Shown: positions 57,001 through 64,000 of the stretch, piece by piece
Numbering within the stretch: position 1 is the first letter of the stretch
Layout of the letters: every line of letters begins with the position of its first letter
NCBI GenBank assembly: GCA_965214095.1
Contig: OZ243938.1
Span: 224,001 to 288,000, forward strand
Source: Candidatus Poribacteria bacterium
GTDB lineage: Bacteria; Poribacteria; WGA-4E; WGA-3G
Length of the DNA stretch: 64,000 bases
Reading direction: 5' to 3'
The notes under the pieces: model-generated
Database searches by the model: none
Told to the model about the DNA's origin: nothing
What the model saw: the letters and a program-made list of their open reading frames with translations, nothing else
Program-made: the position numbers and the translations under genes

Positions 57001-58554
57001 ATGGATCAACTTGAGACGAAGAAAACAAGGTTGAAGAGTGATAATAGTAGAAAAAAGAGAAAACCGAAAATTCATCCTGCTGAAGCACTCAAAAGACAGA
57101 AAAACGGTCTTGATGTGGTAGACGACATACCATACTACGTGAGGAATGGATGGGAATCTATACCGGACACAGAACGTGATAGACTCAAGTATGTCGGTGT
57201 CTTTTACCGTAGGCAGACGCCCGGAGCTTTTATGATGCGTCTTCGGATGACAAGCGGTATTTCCAATTCAGATCAGTTTCGTGCCATCGCATCCATAAGT
57301 GATGAACACGGTCCAGGATTTGTTGATCTTACAACACGTCAACAAATTCAACTACGTGGTTTTACAATTGAGAACGTACAGAACATCTGGAATCAACTTG
57401 ATGAGGTAGGATTAAACTCGTTACAAACAGGGTTTGACAATATCCGAGGCGTAACTGGGTGTCCTGTCGCTGGATTTACTCCGAATGAACTATTTGATGC
57501 TTCACCTGTAGCAAAGAAGTATACAAATATTATTGCGGGTAATAAGGAATTCACAGACCTTCCACGAAAATTCAATGTAGGAATTACAGGTTGCTTGGAC
57601 AACTGCACTCATGCCGCTTCACAAGATATTGCCTTGATACCAGCAATAAAAGAAGTAGATAACGGGGAATTGCAGGGTTTTAATGTATTGGTCGGAGGCA
57701 AAATGGGTTCTGGAGGTTATACTCCTGCACAGGAGCTTGATGTGTTTGTCTTACCTGAAGATGCAGCAGCGTTATGTGCAGAAATTACGTTGATTTTCAG
57801 AGATCACGGTCCACGTACAGTTCGGAACAAATCACGGATGACTTTTCTCATAGCAGATTGGGGTGTGGAGAAGTTCAGGAAAGAATTAGAATCTCGTTTT
57901 CCCAAACCACTCATACCAGCAGGAAAGGATATGCGTGGCAAGACAAAAACAGACCATACAGGTATTTTCTCACAGAAAGAAAAAAACCTTAACTATGTTG
58001 GACTTGTGGTGCCAGTAGGTAGAATTAGCACTGCACAACTATCTGAAGTCGCACGTATTTCTGATGAATATGGCACCGGCGATATACGTTTAACTCAAGG
58101 ACAAAATCTGATAATTCCTAATGTTGCTGATGGGAAAATCGGAGATTTAACTGCTGAACCATTACTTCAACAATTACGATATGATCCATCAGAAGTCATG
58201 CGTGGTATGGTAAGTTGCACAGGTATTGATTACTGTCACTTTTCCCTCATAGAAACTAAAGAACGTGCAATGGAAGCAATTAGACATTTAGAGGCTAAAC
58301 TTGGAAACACACAACCACTGACAGTCCATTGGTCAGGATGTCCAAACGGGTGTGGTAACCATGCCGCTGCTGATATTGGATTGCTTGGGAAGAAAACCAA
58401 AATAGATGGTGTGGTTACCGATGCGGTTGATGTATTTGTGAAAGGAGATTCTGGTCCAAATTCGAAAGTTGCACCGAAATTACTGGAAAATGTTCCATGT
58501 GATGACTTACCGCAAGTTCTTGAAGGTCTCGTGCCTTATCTATCAAGAAAATAA
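57001..58554 (+). CDS. nirA: Ferredoxin-nitrite reductase (siroheme)
   Basis: DLTTRQQIQLR, DLPRKFN, SCTG..YC and WSGCPNGC 4Fe-4S/siroheme Cys motifs. Confidence 0.92.
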   Translation: MDQLETKKTRLKSDNSRKKRKPKIHPAEALKRQKNGLDVVDDIPYYVRNGWESIPDTERDRLKYVGVFYRRQTPGAFMMRLRMTSGISNSDQFRAIASISDEHGPGFVDLTTRQQIQLRGFTIENVQNIWNQLDEVGLNSLQTGFDNIRGVTGCPVAGFTPNELFDASPVAKKYTNIIAGNKEFTDLPRKFNVGITGCLDNCTHAASQDIALIPAIKEVDNGELQGFNVLVGGKMGSGGYTPAQELDVFVLPEDAAALCAEITLIFRDHGPRTVRNKSRMTFLIADWGVEKFRKELESRFPKPLIPAGKDMRGKTKTDHTGIFSQKEKNLNYVGLVVPVGRISTAQLSEVARISDEYGTGDIRLTQGQNLIIPNVADGKIGDLTAEPLLQQLRYDPSEVMRGMVSCTGIDYCHFSLIETKERAMEAIRHLEAKLGNTQPLTVHWSGCPNGCGNHAAADIGLLGKKTKIDGVVTDAVDVFVKGDSGPNSKVAPKLLENVPCDDLPQVLEGLVPYLSRK

Positions 58555-58646
58555 TCAATAGGTCGGTTACCTGTTTCAACAATCAATGTATATATTCTGA
58601 AATGTCTTTGATTGATCATTAGAAAGGATAATAAATTAGAAAAACA

Positions 58647-59993
58647 ATGGATATAAAAAATAAATCAACACAGATCAATTTGTTTAGTCTGAAATCGGTT
58701 CAGATGCGTACTTTTCATACGACATGGTTCGCATTTTTCTTAGCGTTTTTTGGATGGTTTGGGATCGCACCCCTTATGGCAATTGTGCGCGAAGACTTGA
58801 TGCTAACACAAGTTCAGATCGGAAACACAATCATTGCATCCGTTGCAATAACGGTTTTGGTTCGTATCTTAATCGGTCCTTTATGTGATCGTATTGGCGC
58901 ACGAAAAGCATACACTTGGCTTCTTATTCTGGGGTCAATACCAGTAATGGGTATTGGACTTGCACAGGATTACCATACCTTTCTGCTCTTCCGCTTAGCA
59001 ATCGGTGCGATAGGAGCAGGATTTGTCATTACACAGTATCACACATCTGTGATGTTCGCGCCAAATTGTGTTGGCACAGCAAACGCGACAACTGCGGGAT
59101 GGGGTAATTTAGGTGGTGGTGTAACACAGATGGTCATGCCGCTCATTTTCACAGCAGTTCTGAGTTTTGGTGTGAATGAATTTCTCGGATGGCGATTGGC
59201 AATGATTATTCCAGGAATTGCTTTATTTATGATGGGGTTCGTATATTACTTCTGCACCCAAGATGCCCCAGATGGAGATTATAGAGAACTTCGTAAACAA
59301 GGTAAGATTGAACCGGCAGAAGGAAAAGGAATGGAATCATTCATACTTGCTATTAAAGATTATCGTGTATGGGCACTGTTTTTTATTTATGCAGCCTGTT
59401 TTGGTGTGGAACTAACAATTAATAATGTGGCAGCACTCTACTATCATGACCGTTTCCACTTAGATGTAAAAACTGCAGGTCTGATTGCTGGTTTGTTCGG
59501 ACTGATGAATATCTTTGCGCGTACCGTCGGTGGTTTTTTCTCGGATTTTTTTGCTAAAAAGATGGGATTGAAGGGGCGTGTTGTGTTCCTCTTTGTTGTT
59601 CTTTTGGGTGAAGGTATCATGCTTATGTTATTCTCACAAATGTCAGTTCTGATTGTGGCAGTTGGAACGATGATTGTGTTCAGTCTCTTTGTTCAGATGT
59701 CAGAAGGTGCAACCTTTGGCATTGTCCCATTTATCAATAGAAAAGCATTGGGGGCGGTTGCTGGAATTGTTGGAGCAGGGGGAAACGCGGGGGCTGTCGC
59801 TGCAGGTTTCCTTTTCCGTGCGGAAAGTATATCTACACAACAAGCATTGTTTTTCCTTGGTATTATGGCAGTTATTGCTTCATTTTCTACTTTATTGGTA
59901 AGGTTCTCACCTGAGGTACAGGATGCGGAGAAAAAAGCGTTTGCTGCGGCACTTGCAGAAAAACAACGTCTCAATGCAGATGCGGGAATATAA
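58647..59993 (+). CDS. nrtP: NNP-family MFS nitrate/nitrite transporter (NrtP/NarK/NRT2-like)
   Basis: FFGWFGIAP, VGTANATTAGWGNLGGG, ACFGVEL, FGLMNIFAR, GIVGAGGN. Confidence 0.88.
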   Translation: MDIKNKSTQINLFSLKSVQMRTFHTTWFAFFLAFFGWFGIAPLMAIVREDLMLTQVQIGNTIIASVAITVLVRILIGPLCDRIGARKAYTWLLILGSIPVMGIGLAQDYHTFLLFRLAIGAIGAGFVITQYHTSVMFAPNCVGTANATTAGWGNLGGGVTQMVMPLIFTAVLSFGVNEFLGWRLAMIIPGIALFMMGFVYYFCTQDAPDGDYRELRKQGKIEPAEGKGMESFILAIKDYRVWALFFIYAACFGVELTINNVAALYYHDRFHLDVKTAGLIAGLFGLMNIFARTVGGFFSDFFAKKMGLKGRVVFLFVVLLGEGIMLMLFSQMSVLIVAVGTMIVFSLFVQMSEGATFGIVPFINRKALGAVAGIVGAGGNAGAVAAGFLFRAESISTQQALFFLGIMAVIASFSTLLVRFSPEVQDAEKKAFAAALAEKQRLNADAGI

Positions 59994-60070
59994 CAGCCTA
60001 ACAATCTAATGTTATCTCTATTATTGTAGCAACACAACATTAAACAGAGTCTTACTCTATTTTTCAAACT

Positions 60071-62188
60071 ATGGAGAATTCAGTGAAAAGTTCAACAGGA
60101 AAAGCCGTTTGTCCTTATTGTGGTGTCGGCTGTGTTATCCGTGCAACGGTAGAGGAAAACAAAATTACGAGAATCTCAGCCGACGATAGTGATGCACCGA
60201 ATTACGGAATGCTTTGTCCGAAAGGTGCACATCTCAAACAGGTGTTTCAGAATCATGACGGTAGACTGGCATACCCGATGATTCGAGAAAATAAAGATGA
60301 AGACCTACGTCAAGTTTCTTGGGAACAAGCTATTGCATTTACAGCAAACCGGCTACAAGCAATTAGGTTGGAACATGGTAAAGATGCGCTTGCACTCTAC
60401 GGTTCCGGTCAATTGGACACAGAAACTTCTTACGTTTTTAATAAATTGTTCAAGGGTTTTCTACGGACAAATAATATAGATACAAATAGTAGACTCTGCA
60501 TGTCATCTGCCGTAGTTGGATATATGCAGGCTTTCGGTTCAGATGGTCCACCGACATGTTATGACGATATTCAACATGCGGATGTATTTCTGATTATCGG
60601 TGCGAATATGGCAGTTAACCATCCTGTTCTGTTTCAGATGATACGAAAACGGCGTGCATCAGAACCTAACACCCGTATTATTGCAGTAGACCCGCGACGG
60701 ACTAAAACTGCAGAGTTTTCTGATGTTCATGTGCCACTTGCACCTGGAAGTGATGTTGCTTTCTTACAACTGATAGCGAAACGTCTTATTGATAATGGAC
60801 GTGTTGACAAACGTTTTATTCAAAGAAACACAGAAAACTATAGTGCATATAAGCATCAACTTGAATGCCTTGACGAGGGGACATTGCTTTCTATCTGTGA
60901 TATCCATCCCGGTCGTATTGATGAAATAGTTGAATTTCTTTCAAAACCAAGCAGTCGGTTACTCAGTTTTTACTGTCAAGGCACAAATCAGAGCACAAGC
61001 GGCGTAGAAAAGAATAACGCACTTATCAATTTACATCTTCAGTTAGGTGAGGTAGGAAAAAGTGGTTCAGGTCCATTTTCCCTAACAGGTCAACCGAATG
61101 CGATGGGTGGTAGAGAGGTAGGCTATCTATCTCACCAGTTGCCCGGTTATCGAGTTGTGACAAACGATATGCATCGCGCCTATCTTGAAGGTGCGTGGCG
61201 AATTCCGCCGGGAAGCATTGATCCAGAACCGGGGTTGACTGCAGTTCCGATGTTTGAAGCCGCCGCTGCAGGTGATGTACATGCCTTGTGGATTGTATGT
61301 ACTAATCCTGCCGTGAGTATGCCCGATACAAAGGTTTCTCAAGCGGGACTAAAACGTGCGGACTTAGTGGTTGTTCAAGATTGTTATTATCCGACTGAAA
61401 CAGCAGAATATGCAGATGTTCTATTCCCCGCGGCACAGTGGGGAGAAAAACGCGGGACTATGACGAATAGTGAACGATTGGTTGTGCGAAGTGAGAAATT
61501 CCTTGAACCACCGGGTGAAGCAAAACCTGATTGGTGGATATTCTCTCAAATTGCGAAGGTGATGGGATACAAACGTGACTTTGATTTTCATTCTCACGAA
61601 GAAATATGGGACGAATATCGATTGTTGACTGCAGGAACACCTTGTGATCAGATGGGGATGACGAATGAACGACTTAAGACAACATCACTCCGTTGGCCTT
61701 GTCCGAATCCACGACATCCTGGAACACTTCGTAGGTATACACGTAGGAAGTTCTACACACCATCTGGTAGAGCGCAATTTAAAACACCTGTCTACAAACC
61801 ACCTAATGAGACTACTGATGAAGAATATCCATTTGGATTGACGACAGGTCGCGTTGCGAGTCAATGGCATACACGAACACGGACGGGTAAAGTTCCACAA
61901 CTCACGAAAAAGGATCCAGAACCTTTTGTTGAAATACATCCAGATGATGCTGTTGACAATAATATAACAGATGGAGAGTGGATATATATTGTAGGACGAA
62001 GGGGAAGATGTTATGCGCGTGCGCGTGTTACTGATACTATTCGCCGTGGATTATTGTTCACTCCGTTCCATTGGGGTGATCTGTTTCACGCGGAGACGAA
62101 TGCAAATTATGTGACAAATTCAGCGTTTGATCCTGTTTCTAAACAACCAGAGTTGAAGTTCTGTGCTGTACGGATTGAGGTTGAGTAA
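60071..62188 (+). CDS. narB: Assimilatory nitrate reductase, molybdopterin subunit (NarB/NasA)
   Basis: CPYCGVGC..LCPKG, NSRLCMSSA, LTGQPNAMGGRE, LTTGR..QWHTRTR, DPVSKQPELKFCAV. Confidence 0.9.
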   Translation: MENSVKSSTGKAVCPYCGVGCVIRATVEENKITRISADDSDAPNYGMLCPKGAHLKQVFQNHDGRLAYPMIRENKDEDLRQVSWEQAIAFTANRLQAIRLEHGKDALALYGSGQLDTETSYVFNKLFKGFLRTNNIDTNSRLCMSSAVVGYMQAFGSDGPPTCYDDIQHADVFLIIGANMAVNHPVLFQMIRKRRASEPNTRIIAVDPRRTKTAEFSDVHVPLAPGSDVAFLQLIAKRLIDNGRVDKRFIQRNTENYSAYKHQLECLDEGTLLSICDIHPGRIDEIVEFLSKPSSRLLSFYCQGTNQSTSGVEKNNALINLHLQLGEVGKSGSGPFSLTGQPNAMGGREVGYLSHQLPGYRVVTNDMHRAYLEGAWRIPPGSIDPEPGLTAVPMFEAAAAGDVHALWIVCTNPAVSMPDTKVSQAGLKRADLVVVQDCYYPTETAEYADVLFPAAQWGEKRGTMTNSERLVVRSEKFLEPPGEAKPDWWIFSQIAKVMGYKRDFDFHSHEEIWDEYRLLTAGTPCDQMGMTNERLKTTSLRWPCPNPRHPGTLRRYTRRKFYTPSGRAQFKTPVYKPPNETTDEEYPFGLTTGRVASQWHTRTRTGKVPQLTKKDPEPFVEIHPDDAVDNNITDGEWIYIVGRRGRCYARARVTDTIRRGLLFTPFHWGDLFHAETNANYVTNSAFDPVSKQPELKFCAVRIEVE

Positions 62189-62194
62189 CAGTAT

Positions 62195-63793
62195 CTAACC
62201 AAGATTACCACTTGTAGGACGTTCTTGCACCACGGGAATAACGTAACTCCGAATCATCAATTCATTTATCATTTCTGTCTCTGTGCGCGGTTCTGGTGTC
62301 TCGCGATGATCGAATACCACGTAGTAGCCATCCGCTACACCTTCCGTTGATAGATACTCGGCGAGTTGCTGCTTCCCTTTGATATAGTACCTGTCACTTC
62401 GCCATATCTTTGTTTCAATGACATATTTTCTCTGATTTTGAAAAATAATCAGATCCATCCTACCGCGCCCGGTTGGAACTTCCATATACATTACCCCGTT
62501 CACGCTGGTAACAAATTGGTCAAGATATGCAAAAAGCAAGTGCTGTCCGATAAATTCTTGCGGGGTATCGGGGACTTGTAGGATCCTGAATCCTACGCGA
62601 GCAATGAAGTCTCGGAAGTTATCAAGGAGCCGTTCCATCTGAATCTGTCCGGTGTCGGTGAGGTACTGAAACCTATCAGTATCTTCTGGGAAGTAATCGC
62701 GTTCCAATCCGTTGACTAATGGTTTGAAGGCTTGTAGAATGCAATGTAGGTAAATTGGATTGGCAATTTTACACATTCTGTCAGTGCCTCTCGTGAGTAC
62801 TCCGTACGTTGCAAGTTCATTAATAAGTTCATTACGTAGGGTGAAAGACACCCCTTCCTCGTACAATACGATTCGCATCAAAAAGCTTTCAAAGCGAGGG
62901 TTTCGACGGATATTGGTTATCAAATGTGTTAGGTTGGTGTTCCGTTCATCCAAAAGTTGTCCATGTGCTTGTGAAAAATGTGTCATTGTGAATGCTTCAG
63001 TTATTGGAATGTCCATCTCTTCCGTGAGTATCTGTGCGAATCGGTTGACGAGAAAGGGTTGCCCTCCCGTTTGTTTGTGAATGGATTCAATTACTTCATG
63101 TTCGAAAGTCTGTCCCGTCTCGTCTGTATATTGCCCGAACAGTTCTTGCACATGCGAAAGTGTAAAATTGGACAAAGCAAAATCGTCCTGAATATTGAAT
63201 GGGGAGACAGATCGATCATAGTTGAGTTGCGCGATGCTCTTGACACCGACAATGCCAAGGCTGTGCGGACATCGGTGAGAAGTCCTGGAGATATAGATGC
63301 GGCGGAGGGCATACAAGAAATCATTCACGATTGCTGGAGGAATGCCATCAAACTCATCAATGAGGATGACAACTTGTTGATTTTCTAACACCCTCGCCAA
63401 TGTCCTGAAACCTCTGAGCATTGAAACATTGTCGGTTAAGGTTGTGTTTTCTAAAAAATCTCTTAACGCCTCAGAGGGAACTTCTCCACGTTTATGGTAA
63501 ATATCCTCTATTTCCTCGCGAATGTCTTCGGTGAGGTTACTATAAAAATCTGATGGAGTGAGGTTTTTATACGCTTCAAAATCCAAGTGAATAGGGAGGA
63601 AATTTGTTTCCTCAGTGGCGAGGATATCCATAGCAGCATAAAAAAAAGTTGTCTTGCCTGTTTGCCGGGGTGCAAAGATAACGATATAACGTCCCTCTTT
63701 GACGCGTTGAATGAACTCGGTGAGTTCCTCAGTCCGAGTGACAATATAATGCTGTTCAGGGTTCACGGGGCCTAGTGTTCCAAACCTTCGCAC
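62195..63793 (-). CDS. AAA-like ATPase with C-terminal PD-(D/E)XK nuclease-like domain
   Basis: APRQTGKTT (Walker A), ILIDEFD (Walker B), SPFNI, TGGQPFLV; C-terminal EVPTGRGRMDL..IETK. Confidence 0.8.
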   Translation of the reverse strand: MRRFGTLGPVNPEQHYIVTRTEELTEFIQRVKEGRYIVIFAPRQTGKTTFFYAAMDILATEETNFLPIHLDFEAYKNLTPSDFYSNLTEDIREEIEDIYHKRGEVPSEALRDFLENTTLTDNVSMLRGFRTLARVLENQQVVILIDEFDGIPPAIVNDFLYALRRIYISRTSHRCPHSLGIVGVKSIAQLNYDRSVSPFNIQDDFALSNFTLSHVQELFGQYTDETGQTFEHEVIESIHKQTGGQPFLVNRFAQILTEEMDIPITEAFTMTHFSQAHGQLLDERNTNLTHLITNIRRNPRFESFLMRIVLYEEGVSFTLRNELINELATYGVLTRGTDRMCKIANPIYLHCILQAFKPLVNGLERDYFPEDTDRFQYLTDTGQIQMERLLDNFRDFIARVGFRILQVPDTPQEFIGQHLLFAYLDQFVTSVNGVMYMEVPTGRGRMDLIIFQNQRKYVIETKIWRSDRYYIKGKQQLAEYLSTEGVADGYYVVFDHRETPEPRTETEMINELMIRSYVIPVVQERPTSGNLG

Positions 63794-63850
63794 TCTATTT
63801 TCCTCTCAGACATTATTGGCGATGCCGATATAACCGTTATACAATTATTG

Positions 63851-64000
63851 CTAAAACCCAAGCTCCTTATCCACGACATTCTTCAAGTCTTCACCATTTA
63901 GATATCGCTCAAGGTTATCCAAGAAAAATTCTGTGATACGTGTCATGCGGTGTTGCGAACCACCAGCCGCGTGTGGTGTAATGATAACATTATCCATATC
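63851..64000 (-). CDS. D-2-hydroxyacid dehydrogenase, C-terminal end (partial)
   Basis: Manual translation DMDNVIITPHAAG..NLERYLNGEDLKNVVDKELGF*. Confidence 0.8.
   Translation of the reverse strand, partial: DMDNVIITPHAAGGSQHRMTRITEFFLDNLERYLNGEDLKNVVDKELGF

Overview
A 64-kb, AT-rich bacterial chromosomal segment. It is most consistent with Candidatus Poribacteria; this is an inference from the expansion of PhyH dioxygenases, Gfo/Idh/MocA oxidoreductases and TIM-barrel sugar isomerases, plus a sulfatase, WD40, CRTAC1 and DUF6785 proteins and the C-terminal 'V.P..KLTTTWG.LK' motif. Housekeeping genes include queF, pcm, thrB, uppS, rsgA, dtd, grpE-dnaJ-prmA and purS. Other blocks are an outer-membrane/T9SS-like cluster, a tandem array of five closely related Gfo/Idh/MocA paralogues with one hypervariable loop, and a nitrate-assimilation operon (nasT-nirA-nrtP-narB) with a sigma54 promoter and an ANTAR antitermination leader. 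The most unusual signals are: (i) an intact ~910-aa P-type ATPase homologue in which almost every catalytic and ion-binding motif is replaced; (ii) an Rpn-like nuclease gene broken by one in-frame stop while its internal SD-led C-terminal ORF (RpnS-like antitoxin) stays intact, with a second, stand-alone RpnS-like gene elsewhere; (iii) a putative C-terminal sorting signal together with PorV-like barrels and a barrel-SppA protease fusion; (iv) many GTAG-REP hairpins nested inside short-TIR MITE-like elements. No rRNA, tRNA or CRISPR array was seen. All calls are from visual motif recognition, not database searches.
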